From: Octopus sinensis
Taxonomy: Eukaryota
Reading direction: 5' to 3'
Assembly (NCBI RefSeq): GCF_006345805.1
Contig: NC_042998.1
Span: 21,762,001 to 21,826,000, forward strand
Length of the DNA: 64,000 nucleotides
In this document: one piece after another, positions 37,152 through 50,663 of the stretch
Layout of the letters: the number at the start of each line of letters is the position of its first letter
How positions within the stretch are numbered: the first letter of the stretch is position 1
Notes under the pieces: model-generated
What the model was told of the DNA's origin: nothing
Databases searched by the model: none
Seen by the model: the letters and a program-made list of their open reading frames with translations, nothing else
Made by a program: the position numbers and the translations under genes

Positions 37152-37153
<2 letters not shown>

Positions 37154-37558
37154 CCTCAGGAGTGGCTGTGTGGTAAGTAGCTTGCTTACAAACCACATGG
37201 TTCCGGGTTCGGTCCCACTGCGTGGCACCTTGGGCAAGTGTCTTCTACTATAGCCTCGGGCCGACCAAAGCCTTGTGAGTGGATTTGGTAGACGGAAACT
37301 GAAAGAAGCCCGTTATATATATGTATATATATATTTATATGCATGTGTTTGTGTGTCTGTGTTTGTCCCCCTAGCATTGCTTGACAACCAATGCTGGTGT
37401 GTTTATGTCCCCATTACTTAGCGGTTCGGCAAAAGAGACCAACAGAATAAGTACTGGGCTTACAAAAGAATAAGACCCGGGGTCGAGTTGCTCGATTAAA
37501 GGCGGTGCTCCAGCATGGCCGCAGTCAAATGACTGAAACAAGTAAAAGAGTAAAGAGT
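37152..37558 (+). mobile_element. SINE family A, full length
   Basis: Matches the family consensus. Confidence 0.9.
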
Positions 37559-37746
37559 ATATATCACAAAAATATCAACCCCCACCGTCAACCCCACCAC
37601 TGCCGTCAATGTGTGCATAATATATATATAAAGAAATACTTATGAAATAAGGATATGATCATAAAAATGATTATATGAGTGGCTGAGCACATAAAAATGA
37701 CTGTATAGGTAGCATTAACTTTTTATGTATATAGTTATAAAAATAC

Positions 37747-37919
37747 AATTATAGTTAAGGGCTACTGGAAATGACCATCGCCAATGCTAGAAGTAGATGT
37801 CAAATACCTACAGTCCAGTCTGCCCCTGTTAGAGATCAAATTTTAGAGTGGATTGGAACTATTTGACATCTGCTTCTAGCATTGGCAATGGTCCTTTCCA
37901 GTAGCCCTTAACTATAATT
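37747..37919. mobile_element. Hairpin MITE with 60-bp inverted arms
   Basis: Arms differ at 3 of 60 positions; internal TTAA|GGGCTACTGG...CCAGTAGCCC|TTAA. Confidence 0.8.
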
Positions 37920-37932
37920 ATATACATATATA

Positions 37933-38110
37933 GGTACAGGAGTGGATACAGGCACAGGAGTGGCTGTGTGGTAAGTAGCTTGCTTACCAAGCTCATGGTT
38001 CTGGGTTAGTCCCACTATGTGGTCCCTTGGGCAAGGGTCTTCTACTGTAGCCTTGGGCCAACCAAAGCCTTGTGAGTGGATTTGGTAGATGGAAACTGAA
38101 AGAAGCCTGT

Positions 38111-38143
<33 letters not shown>

Positions 38144-38345
38144 ATATGTTTGTCTCCCCACCATCGCTTGACAACTGATGCTGGTGTGTTTACATCCCCT
38201 GTAACTTAGCAGTTCGGCAAAAGAGACCGATAGAATAAGTACTAGGCTTAGAAAGAATAAGTCCTGAGGTTGATTTGTTCGACTAAAGGAGATGCTCCAG
38301 CATGGCCACAGTCAAATGACTGGAAATAAGTAAAAGAATAAAAGA
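37933..38345 (+). mobile_element. SINE family A
   Basis: Consensus match; short duplicated head. Confidence 0.85.
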
Positions 38346-38661
38346 TTGAGAACATAAAGAAATAAAATAATTTCCAATAAATAGTAAAAAAACACTAAGC
38401 AAAATCCTAAACACAAACAGTCTACATTCATAATTGAGTGAGTGCTTACTTGTAATTAAAGAAAACTCGGCATTTAATGAACAATTATCTTGCTTCATTG
38501 AAATCTTACACCAATGCAAGCAAAGCAATTAGTTTTCCAGTAGCTACTAATAACTACTTCATGTTAGGTCCCAACCCATATTACTTCCCTGACCCAGCTT
38601 TCTTGTCACATATTCCAGTCGTATTCCATCTACTGTTTTTTTTTCTTTATGTTGACTCTGC

Positions 38662-39371
38662 TTAACCCCTTCGTTACTGTATTTATTTTGTGATGCTCTG
38701 TGTTTCTTTCAGTTATTTTAAATATAACAAAGAATTTAGTAAAATAACTTAGTTATCATTCAGCTAGTGTTTGGAACATAAATTGGGACAAAGATTTGGT
38801 GTAAGATTTTAATTCCAAACTTTTGAAAACAAGACGTTTGTACTACAGAGCCAGAGGCAGTTTCAGACAGGTTGGTATGAAAAGGGTTAAATTAATCATT
38901 TGTTGACCCTTTTGTTACCGTATTTCTGTTGAGATGTTCAGTGTTTCTTTCAATTATTTCAAATATAACAGAATTTATTGAAATAACTTAGTTATCATTA
39001 AGCTAGTGTTAAGAACATAAATTGTGACTAAGGTTTGGTGGAAGATTTTAATTCAGTACTTTTGAAAACGAGACATTTGTACTACAGAGCCAGAGGCAGT
39101 TTCAGACAGGTTGGTATCAAAAGGGTTAAATTAATCATTTGTTAACCCTTTTGTTATCATATTTCTGTTAAGATGCTCTGTGTTTCTTTCAATTAATTTT
39201 AAATATAGCAAAGAATTTAGTAAAATAGCTTAGTTATCATTAAGCTGGTGTTAGGAACATAAATTGTGGCTAGGGTTTGGTGGAAGATTTTAATTCAAAA
39301 CTTTTGAAAACAAGACATTTATACCACAGAACCAGAGCCGGTTTCAGCCAGGTTGGTAGTGAAAGGATTAA
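38662..39371. mobile_element. Three tandem piggyBac-type MITE units (~240-bp period)
   Basis: Each unit reads TTAA-CCCTT...AAGGG-TTAA (degenerate in places); units start at 38662, 38903 and 39142 with spacer attaatcatttg. Confidence 0.85.
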
Positions 39372-39629
39372 ACTCACTTCTAATTTATTTGAAAGCTTCT
39401 AGCCACTTAACTAAGTTGTCTGATTTACTTGGATAATAATGGCTTCAAATTTTGGTGCAAGGCCAACAATCTTGGGAGAGGGAATAAGTTGGTTACATCA
39501 AACCCAGTACATGACTGAGATTTATTTTTATTGACCCCAAAAGGAGAGAATTTGGACTCAGAGTATAAAGGCGGATGAAATATTGGAAAGCGTTTTGCCT
39601 GGCATGCTAACGATTCTAGGTACAAGGCC

Positions 39630-39820
39630 TGAAATTTTTTTTGGGGGGGGGGCAGTTGATTAGATCACCCCAGTACACAAATGGTACTTAATTTATTGAC
39701 TCCGAAAGGATGCAAAGCAAAGACAACCTCAGCAGAATTTGACCTCAGAATGTAAAGACAGAAAAAATACCACTGAGCATTCCATCTGGCATGCCAACGT
39801 TTCTGCCAGTTCGCTGCCTT
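39630..39820 (-). mobile_element. SINE family B, degenerate
   Basis: ggtacttaatttattgactccgaaaggatgcaaagc...ttctgccagttcgctgcctt. Confidence 0.75.
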
Positions 39821-41029
39821 TTACTTAGATCAGTGTTGTTTGTTCCTTCTCAAACCATGCCTAGCTCATAAGGGCCGCTTTCCTGGTTTTATTGGTGTAT
39901 AGGTTCCCCACCTGGACAGGTTCCAAATGATTTGGCAAGGTTTTCAGCTGGATGCCTTTCCTAATGCCAACCACTCCACATATTGTTTAATATCCGCCTT
40001 CCATATCTGGCATCAACGATGATGATGATGATGATATATATGTGTGTATATTTGTGTGTATGTGTCTGTTTTTGTCCCTCGCCCCATCACTTGACAACCA
40101 ATGCTGGTGTGTTTATGTCCTCATAACTTAGCAGTTTGGCAAAAGAAACCGATAGAATAAATACTAGGCTTACAAAGAATAATCCCTGGTTGATTTGTTT
40201 GACTAAAATCCCTTAAGGTGGTGCTCCAGCATGGCTGCAGTCAGATGACTGAAGCAAAAGAATGAAAGAATGTGTGTGTTCCCTACCACCACTTGATAAC
40301 CGGTGTTGGTGTGTTTACGTCCCCATAACATAGCAAAAAAAATACATAGAATAAGTTACAGGCTGAAACACACACAAAAAAAAAATTCACTGTGGTTGAT
40401 TCTTGAAGGTGGTGCTCCAGCATGGCTGTAGTCCAAAGACTGAAACAAGTAAAAGATAAAAGATATCGAAATGTTACAGTTTGTAAATGGAAGAGGAAAA
40501 TGATATTGAATGAATATTACATAGTGTGTTCATGCTTTTATTATTCGCCGAAACTTAGGATTGGTTTAGCTGCTACTCAAGTTTCATGTCCTGTGATCTT
40601 TCAGGCAATATAATATATAATTAAGTTATAAGCTACAACTACTAACAAGTGAAGTTTTACTCAGTATGAAGTAGGTTCAATGCAAACGATAGATACTATG
40701 TCTGTAATCATATACTTGCATACGAATATTATGTATGCTCTCAGAATTACGGGAATCATAACTTGTGGATTTATCTTTGTGTCAAATTTGAATTTGGATA
40801 CCATGAAATGTGTATTATACAGCAATGTTTTGTACAGCAGGAAATTTTCCTTTGGACAATGGTTCTAGTTTCAAATCATCAACAATTCTCTGTGAATTAG
40901 AAAGAAGATTCCAGGAGATCGGGTTACTATTAAGTGGGACCCCAGCTTTGGTTTCTCTCCCAGTTCCGGAACTTTGGAATCTTAACTGTAATTATGATCT
41001 CTTGATGTTGTGCAAGCTAAGTGTCATTT

Positions 41030-41687
41030 CTCACTTTAATGTGTTATGTGTGTGTGTGTGTTTTGTATGTGTGTGCATGCTTGCATACATCTTAAATGTT
41101 CTCACATGTGTGTACTTATCTGATGTGTGAATATATACATATACAAATACATATTTATATAAACATGTATAAATATATATATGTACACACACACACACAC
41201 ACACATATACACATGAAATGATATACATATTTGTACAAATGTGTGTGCATATATGTATATAAATATATATATATTTATATATATGTACATGTGTATCTCT
41301 CTCTCTCTCACTCTTTCTATATATATATATATATATATACATACACTCACACACATATCACACATATATATTTATGAATTGCTTACATTTTCTTTATACA
41401 TGTGTTGTGTGTGTGTGTGTGCTTATTTCTATACCCATGTCTACATCCAATGGGAATAACACATATTTGATTCATCTACTTCATTGATAAATGAAACAGA
41501 TATGCTCATGCGTGCACATGCTTACATACACACACACACTTGCACATATAAGATTCATGTGTACACAGACACATATACACACACACACATACATAGACAT
41601 ACATATGTATATGCACAAATACACAATACGATATGTATGTATATATATATATGTATATGTATATATATATATGTATATGTATATATG

Positions 41688-41718
<31 letters not shown>

Positions 41719-41753
41719 GTGTATGTATATATGTATGTGTATGTATATATGTA

Positions 41754-41786
<33 letters not shown>

Positions 41787-41794
41787 GTATATAT

Positions 41795-41864
<70 letters not shown>

Positions 41865-42480
41865 GTATGTGTGAGTGTATGTAAGCGTGTCTTTCTCTGC
41901 CATGATATATGTAAGTGTACACGCAAATATACATACATATAGTTGCGTATTTATATTGATGTATTTAAAAGTTTACGGTGTCATAATTCAGACACGGTGA
42001 CTCCATTGCATATAAATTACAGCCATTGCTTATGGGGGCTTCAACGTCTAAGTCTAGAATGGGACTACATACATACAAACATACATACGTACGTATGTGC
42101 ATACGTGCATACATAGATACATACACATATATACATGCATACATACATACATACATGCGTACATACATATATACAGGCACACACAAACAAGCATGCATGA
42201 ACTAACACTTGTCCACATCTCTCTCTCTCTCACGCTCTCTCTCTCTTTCTCATGCTCTCTCTCGCCCACTCTCTCTCTCTCCTGCTCTCTTTTTCTCTCC
42301 TGCTCTCTCTCTCTCCCGCTCTCTCCCTCCCTCTCTCTGTCCCTCCCGCTCTCTCTCTCCCTCCCTCTCTCTCTACCTATCTATCAATCTCTTTCTCTTT
42401 GTGTGTGTATATATATACATACATACATATATATATATATGTATATATGTATATATGTATATATATATATATGTATACAC
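41030..42480. repeat. TA/TG/CT compound microsatellites
   Basis: Read directly. Confidence 0.9.
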
Positions 42481-42814
42481 AGAAATAGTTTCTGTTAAAT
42501 CTGTTGGGATCTTCAATTTGAAATAGCCTAACTCGTATTCTTCCACCATGTGTCAGCGTTCACCATTTACGTGTGATTTTGCTGTAAGTGTTTGTGTGTG
42601 TGTGTGCCTGTGTACATGTGTGTTTTTGTGGGTGTGTGTGTGTGTCTGTGCGCCAGCACACTGCATTGAAATCATACAAATACATGTGGTTGACTGGTTT
42701 GATGTTTAGACTTTTATGTAAATCTTATAGATGTCTTTTATACCTTAAACTGATACAGATACGTGTATTGCTATAGACATTGGTATACAGGTACACATGG
42801 ATACACACATGTAC

Positions 42815-42861
<47 letters not shown>

Positions 42862-43318
42862 TATATATAGTTAATCCAAGCATGAACAACACAACAATAC
42901 GAGGATGTGGAATAAGTATAGTGTTATTGGATGCTCAGTAAAGGAAAGAAAGAAGGAGGATTTCATGTTTCGAGCAGAGCTCTTCATCAGAAATATAGAA
43001 AAAGGGAAAAAGTCCAAAGAAGGGAAGATGGAGAAAGAAAATCGCCAATGATACACACATGGTCACATATTGAAAATATATATATATATCTTGTTATTGC
43101 TAAAAACTCCTATCTATCTATTTAATACTGTTCTGTATTTTAGAGATGAAGAATTCTGTACATTATTTACATTGGACAGATACGTGGCCTGATCTTTGTT
43201 ATTATTACTGGCACTGCCTGGAATTGAACTCAGAATCTTGGGGTTAGTAGCCCATGCTCTCAACCATTACAGTATATGGCCAAGATTCCGAGTTCAATTC
43301 CAAGCAGTGCCTTGAATA

Positions 43319-43349
<31 letters not shown>

Positions 43350-43574
43350 TAATAACATCAGCAAAAAATACCTTAGGAATGAGAACCCAGGGTCAGGTTC
43401 AAAATTCCTCCAGGACACCTGATGAAGGGTGGAGGACAAATCAGCCGAAAGATTATGGTAACAACAAACAAGATAAGGATGCATATCCATTGAATATAAA
43501 TAATATCTATTTATCCATCCACCCTTCCATTTAACTATCTATATATATGTGTATGTGTGTGAGAGAGTATGCAT

Positions 43575-43745
43575 GGCCTACTTAGGGTGTTGTACTCATG
43601 ACTGTATGTAGCTTGCTAACCAACCACATGGTTCCAGGTTCAGTCCCACTGCGTGGGACCTTGGACAGGTGTCTTCTACTATATCCTCGGGTCAACCAAA
43701 GCCTTGTGGGTGGATTTGGTAGACAGAAACTGAAAGAAGCCCGTC

Positions 43746-43780
<35 letters not shown>

Positions 43781-44010
43781 TATATATTTATATGTATATA
43801 TGTATATGTATATGTGCGTGTATGTTAGTGTGTCCCAACATCACTTGACATCGAGGCTGGTGTGTTTATGTCCCGTAACCTAGCCGTTCGGTAAAAAGAG
43901 GACGATAGAATAAATACTAAGCTTGCAAAGAAAAGTCCTGGGGTCGATTTGCTCGACTAAAGGTGGTGTCCAGCATGGCCGCAGTCAAATAACTGAAACA
44001 AATAAAAGAA
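43575..44010 (+). mobile_element. SINE family A (left boundary of the tandem duplication)
   Basis: Matches the family consensus. Confidence 0.85.
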
Positions 44011-44744
44011 TAACACAATATAATGATGTGTATAATATGGAACGTCAGCAACTAACAGCTGATGCTAAGGCACAGAAACAATTGCTGTGATTTGTGATTA
44101 AAGCCTGTTCATTCCATCTGTTTCATAACTTTGTGTATGTGTGTTTATATCATTATACCTAAAACTCATACAGATATATCTTTATATTTAAAGCTATTCT
44201 TTTATTCTTTTACATGTTTCAGTCATTTGACTGTGGCCATGCTGGAGCACTGCCTTAACATTTTTGATATCAATTCACCTGTGTCTGTCTCTGTTTCTAT
44301 GAAAGATAACTCGTTTTCTGAAATGATTTAAATTAAAATCTTCCATCAAAATTTTGTGTTAATACCAGATTAATTATGACTGATTCATTTTACTAAGTCG
44401 TTTGTTCTTTCTAAAATTAATTAAAATAATAGCAACATGTTCCAGGACAAATATGGTAAGAAAAGGACTAAAAAATACTGTAGACAATTGGCATATAAAG
44501 TGATGGTTTATGGCTGATGTCAGTAACAATTAATCCCTAAAAGAATTTGTGGAAGAGTTAAAATAAGTTCAACATAGCCATAGGCGTAGGAGTGGCTGTG
44601 TGGTAAGTAGCTTGCTTACGAACCACATGGTTTCTGGTTCAGTCCCACAACCTGGCATCTTGGGCAAGTGTCTTCTACTATAGCCTTGGGCTGACCAAAG
44701 CCTTTTGAGTGGATTTGGTAGACGGAAACTGAAAGAAGCCCATC

Positions 44745-44787
<43 letters not shown>

Positions 44788-45745
44788 ATATATGTATATG
44801 TATATGTGCGTGTATGTTAGTGTGTCCCAACATCACTTGACATCGAGGCTGGTGTGTTTATGTCCCCGTAACCTAGCCGTTCGGTAAAAGAGACCGATAG
44901 AATAAATACTAAGCTTGCAAAGAATAAGTCCTGGGGTCGATTTGCTCGACTAAAGGTGGTGCTCCAGCATGGCCGCAGTCAAATAACTGAAACAAATAAA
45001 AGAATAACACAATATAATGATGTGTATAATATGGGAACGTCAGCAACTAACAGCTGATGCTAAGGCACAGAAACAATTGCTGTGATTTGTGATTAAAGCC
45101 TGTTCATTCCATCTTGTTTCATAACTTTGTGTATGCTTGTGTTTATATCATTATACCTAAAACTCATACAGATATATCTTTATATTTAAAGCTATTCTTT
45201 TATTCTTTTACATGTTTCAGTCATTTGACTGTGGCCATGCTGGAGCACTGCCTTAACATTTTTGATATCAATTCACCTGTGTCTGTCTCTGTTTCTATGA
45301 AAGATAACTCGTTTTCTGAAATGATTTAAATTAAAATCTTCCATCAAAATTTTGTGTTAATACCAGATTAATTATGACTGATTCATTTTACTACTAAGTC
45401 GTTGTTCTTTCTAAAATTAATTAAAATAATAGCAACATGTTTCCAGGACAAATATGGTAAGAAAAGGACTAAAAAATACTGTAGACAATTGGCATAAAGT
45501 GATGGTTTATGGCTGATGTCAGTAACAATTATCCCTAAAAGAATTTGTGGAAGAGTTAAAATAAGTTCAACATAGCCATAGGCGTAGGAGTGGCTGTGTG
45601 GTAAGTAGCTTGCTTACGAACCACATGGTTTCTGGTTCAGTCCCACAACCTGGCATCTTGGGCAAGTGTCTTCTACTATAGCCTTGGGCTGACCAAAGCC
45701 TTTTGAGTGGATTTGGTAGACGGAAACTGAAAGAAGCCCATCGTA
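43745..45745. repeat. ~1-kb tandem duplication
   Basis: ~43745-44745 and ~44745-45745 are near-identical, differing mainly by 1-3-bp indels. Confidence 0.95.
44582..45008 (+). mobile_element. SINE family A, chimeric junction copy
   Basis: 5' half near-identical to the copy at 45581; 3' half near-identical to the copy at 43575. Confidence 0.9.
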
Positions 45746-45992
45746 TATATATATATATATATATATTTATGTATGTATGTGTGTGTGTATATGTTTGTGT
45801 GTTTGTCCCCCCAACGTCGCTTGACAACTGATGCTGGTATGGTTACGTCCCTGTGACTTAGCAGTTCGGCAAAAAGAGACCGATAGAATAAGAACTAGGC
45901 TTACAAAGAATAAGTCCTGGGGTCGATTTGCTTGACTAAAAGGCGGTGCTCCAGCATGGCCACAGTCAAATGACTGGAAACAAGTAAAAGAG
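45581..45992 (+). mobile_element. SINE family A
   Basis: Matches the family consensus. Confidence 0.9.
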
Positions 45993-46072
45993 TGTTTGTG
46001 AGGGATGAAGAAGCTGCCATTCAGATCCCTGTTCATCAACTGAGAAAGAGAGAGAGAGGGAGAATGAGAGAG

Positions 46073-46127
<55 letters not shown>

Positions 46128-46683
46128 TGTTGTTGCCGATTTGGTTGTAAGAGAAGCTCTAGAACCGTTTGATTAATAATTTGTCTATGGAGCTCATATT
46201 TTGTCCAATATTTTTGGAGTGCCATTACAATGGTAAATAGTTTTTGTTCAAAAAAACAAAAAAAGAGAGAAATTCTTTCAAAATCGTTCATATTGTAAAA
46301 TGAAAAGAAGATCCTGTGCAAAACTGCTTCTATCTCGAAACTAAACCTAACAAGTGGTCATTGATAACATTGTTATTCCGCATAGCATTAGAGACCGTGT
46401 CTATTAGAGAAGATAAAGCAAGAAAATAAAATTCCTTGGAACAAAAGAACCAAAGCTATCTTTTTCCCCGTGGCAGTGGATTATAATATTTTTGCCAACT
46501 TGGAGGAATGGAAACCAAAATGCTAAAAATGATTAATCTCATGAATGGAAATACAAGAATGAAAAATTTTCTGACTTAGTTCATATGAAGAATTAAACAA
46601 AAAAATATGTTTTGAATTTAAAAATTAGTTAAAAAAAAAAAAAATACAAGACGATGGTTTACTTTGTTTTAATTATATTTATT

Positions 46684-46716
<33 letters not shown>

Positions 46717-46894
46717 TTCCTGCTCCTCCTCCACCCCTCCTTCCCCACCGCTTTCTCTTCTTCCTCACCACTGCCACCACCACCACTACCAGCACCACCA
46801 CCACCACCACCATCATCGTTTTCCATGCTTGCATAGGTCAGGTGAAATTTGTTGAAGCAGCTTTTCTACAGTAAGATGCTCTTCCTGTTGCAAC

Positions 46895-47150
46895 GTGCTC
46901 AAGGACACATTGTGTCCTTGAGCAAGACACTTTACTTCATGTTGCTCCAGTCCACTCAGCTGGCAAAAATGAGTAGTACCTCTAATTCAAAGGACCAGCT
47001 TTGTCATACTCTCTGTCACACTGCATCTCCCTGAGAACTATGTTAAGGGTACACATGTCTGTGGAGTACTCAGCCACATGCACGTTAATTTCTTGAGTAG
47101 GCCGTTTGGTTGATCATATCAACTGAATCCCTTGTCATCATAACTGACAG
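46895..47150 (+). mobile_element. SINE family C fragment
   Basis: tgtgtccttgagcaagacactttacttcatgttgctccagtccactcagctggcaaaaatgagta; same tail as 27495. Confidence 0.8.
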
Positions 47151-47268
47151 AGCACTAGGCCTTGGTAACTGGAAGGGCCTTGGCAACAGGAAGGGCATTT
47201 GCAACAGGAAGGACATCTGGCCATTGGAAATCTGTCTCAGTAAATTCTGTCTGATCCATGCGACCAAA

Positions 47269-47560
47269 GTGGCCTAGTGGTTAGAGTAGCAGACTCGTGG
47301 TCGAGGGATCATGAGTTCGAATCTCGTTCAGGGCGATTTGTGTGTTTATGAGCGAAACACCTAAGCTCCATGCAGCTCCAGCAGAAGGCAATGGCAAACT
47401 TCTACTGACTCTTTCGCCACAACTTTCTCTCACTCTTTCCTCCTGCGTCTTGCAGTTTACCTGTGACGGACTGGCGTCCTGTCCAGGTGGGGAACCTATA
47501 CACCAAGGAAACTGGGAAACCGGCCCTTATGAGCCAGGCATGGCTCGAGAAGGAACAAAC
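47269..47560 (+). mobile_element. SINE family D
   Basis: A-box TGGCCTAGTGG, B-box GAGTTCGAATC, tail ggctcgagaaggaacaaac. Confidence 0.9.
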
Positions 47561-48254
47561 ATGCAAGCAAGGAAAAGTGGACATTAAATTAAATTGATGT
47601 TTATGTCAATGATGATGATGATGATACATCATAATCTTTTAGTTTCCATGTACCAAATCCACTCATAAGGTTTTGGTCAGCCCCACCCTAGAATAGAAGA
47701 CACTTACCCATGGTGCTTTGGAATGGAACTGAACTCCAAACCACTTCTGTTTATCCAATTTCCAAGTATAATCTTTTTCATGTGTCTCCATCAAATCTTT
47801 GCACTTTCTTACTCAATCTTTAACATTCTTTGTGTTATTTCCCAAGTCATCCCAACAACAAACAGAATCCCATAATGGCCAAACCAGCTGGTGACTGTTG
47901 GTTTGAACTGTTCCACTCTCACAGAAAGGGATATTTGTTCCACATTAAAACATTTAAGACGTTTTTCACTCACTCCATGTTGACACTAAGTCCTTTGAGA
48001 TTAAAAGAGAACAACAAAATCAGACTGTACGGCTGTCTGTTCTTTGTTTCCTTGTAATCTTTCAAAATTAATTTTCATCTCTGGTAACTATTTCACAACC
48101 TTAGGTTTTTCTTATTCTTCCATAAAACAAATTCTTCTTATAATCCTCATGATTATGATCATCATCATCACTGTCATTATTATTATTAAATCATTTTCAA
48201 GAGGCAGCAAGAAACGTTAGCACACCGGGCGGAATGCTTACTGCTATTTTGTCT

Positions 48255-48665
48255 ATACTCACTTTACTCCCTTTTTACTCTTTTACTTGTTTCAGTCATT
48301 TGACTTTGGCCATGCTGGAGCACCGCCTTTTAGTCAAGCAAATCGACCCCAGGACATATTCTTTGTAAGCCTAGTACTTATTCTACCGGTCTATTTTTGC
48401 CGAACTGCTAAGTTATGGGGACGTAAACACACCAGCATTGGTTGTCAAGCAATGTTGGTGGGGGAGGGACAAACACAGACATATATATACATATACTTAT
48501 ATATGACAGGCTTCTTTCAGTTTCCATCTATCAAATCCACTCACAAGGCTTTGGTCGGCCCAAGGCTATAGTAGAAGACACTTGCCGAAGGTGCCACTCA
48601 GTGGGACTGAACCCAGAACCATGTGGTTGGCAAGCAAGCTACTTACCACACAGCCACTCTTGCGT
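48255..48665 (-). mobile_element. SINE family A
   Basis: Matches the family consensus. Confidence 0.9.
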
Positions 48666-48904
48666 CTATGTTTGCAATATTTTGGTAACTTATTTACTTT
48701 ATTCATCACATGAAAAGCACTGTTCGAACGTTGGACCTCATGGAGGCAGTGACAGGTGACCGAGACCTTTGGTGATATACCATGCTTGTGTCAACCTGTC
48801 AAACTGAATGAGACCATAGTCGTGGTCAATGCTGGTATCAGGCCAATGGCACTCGTGCTGGTGATACATAAAAAGCATTGTTTGAGTGTGATTGTACTGA
48901 AAGT

Positions 48905-49145
48905 GTGAAAACTGAAAGAAGCCTGTCGTATATATGTATATATATGTGTCTGTGTTTGTCCCCTCCCCAACATTGCTTGACAACCGATGCTGGTGTGTTT
49001 ATGTTCCCGTAACTTAGCAGTTTGGCAAAAATAGACCGGTAGAATAAGTACTAGGCTTACAAAGAATATGTCCTGGAGTCGATTTGCTTGACTAAAAGGC
49101 GGTACTCCAGCATGACAACAGTCAAATGACTGAAACAAGTAATAG
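48905..49145 (+). mobile_element. SINE family A, 3' half
   Basis: Matches the family consensus. Confidence 0.85.
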
Positions 49146-49303
49146 AAATTGTGCAGAAGCCTATAACCTAATGTACATATGTGTGTTTGTGTTTGCATAA
49201 ATCCGTTTAAATTGGTGTAAATCTTTTAGGGTTTGTAAGCCAGTAGAAGCTAAACAAGGCACACTTAATCTGGTAATTGTTTTATCAATCTCTGTTGACT
49301 GAG

Positions 49304-49715
49304 CGGCGTAGGAGTGGTTGTGTGGTAAGTAACTTGCTTACCAACCACATGGTTCCGGGTTCAGTCTCACTGCGTGGCACCTTGGGCAAGTGTCTTCTGC
49401 TATAGCCTTGGGCTGACCAAAACCTTGTGAGTGGATTTGGTTGAGGGGAAATTGAAAAGAAGCCCGTCGTATATATGTATATATATGTGTATGCATGGGT
49501 GCATATGTTTGTGTGTCTGTATTTGTCCCCCCAACATCGCTTGACAACCAATGCTGGTGTGTTTATGTCCCCGTAACTTAACAGTTCAGCAAAAATAGAC
49601 CGGTAGAATAAGTACTAGGCTTACAAAGAATATGCCCTGAGGTCGATTTGCTCGACTAAAAGGTGGTGCTCCAGCATGGCCGCAATCAAATGACTGAAAC
49701 AAGTAAAAGAGTAAA
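49304..49715 (+). mobile_element. SINE family A, full length
   Basis: Matches the family consensus. Confidence 0.9.
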
Positions 49716-50197
49716 GTACCAGGGCTGATATAATTAACTCTGAAAACAGTGACACAGCATGATTACAGTCTGGGGACTGCACCCAACAAAATAAATTACT
49801 TTGCAATTATGAACCTGTCGCTTCAGGTGTCGGTGGTGGGGTTTCAGCAGGGGTGGGGAGGGACGAGATAGGGGTTTCTTCGCTCTGCTGTCCATGTTTG
49901 TTTTCAAAATATTTCAGTAAATATTGTAAATGTTTGTGTAACAGCAGTAATGCTGGAAAGAGAAAGGAAAGCTTTGTTGTTTCAACAATGACGAAGACTA
50001 CCTGAGGTTACTGATGGAAGTCCCAAAACTTTCCACGTTTTCTCCCCCTCTCGCCCACCCTGCTGGAACTAACCACTTACCCAAAACCTAATTTCTGTGG
50101 TAGAAAGATAGGTACGTAGATAGATAGAGAGATCTGTCAGGGCTGTGTATGTTGGAAGGAGAAGGTTGAAAAACAAGGCAAGTCAAGAGAGAAAAGA

Positions 50198-50231
<34 letters not shown>

Positions 50232-50612
50232 ATATGTGTATGTATATACATATACACATACATACACACATATATATATGTATGTATGTATATATATATA
50301 TATATATACATACACATACAAATATGTATGTATATACATATATATATATAAATGTATATACATACATATATATATGTATGTGTATGTATATATGTATATA
50401 CATACATATATATATATGTATATATATGAAAAGAGTGTGAGAGAGACAGAGAGATGACAGCTGAACACTAGTGATAACAGATAACTGGTTTAAAAGAGAA
50501 AGTGTAAGTGGTGGTGGTGGTGGTGGTGGTGAGGGTGTTGTTAAGATTTTCTGCTTCCTGGCTTACTATATAACTATATACATTCTGTTTTACATATTTT
50601 TCTTGTGGCTCT

Positions 50613-50663
<51 letters not shown>

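Noticed and set aside
40810-41030. Open frame (TILCELERRFQEIGLLLS...LPVPE) as an exon or Helitron fragment
   Set aside because: No recognisable domain and no clear donor site.
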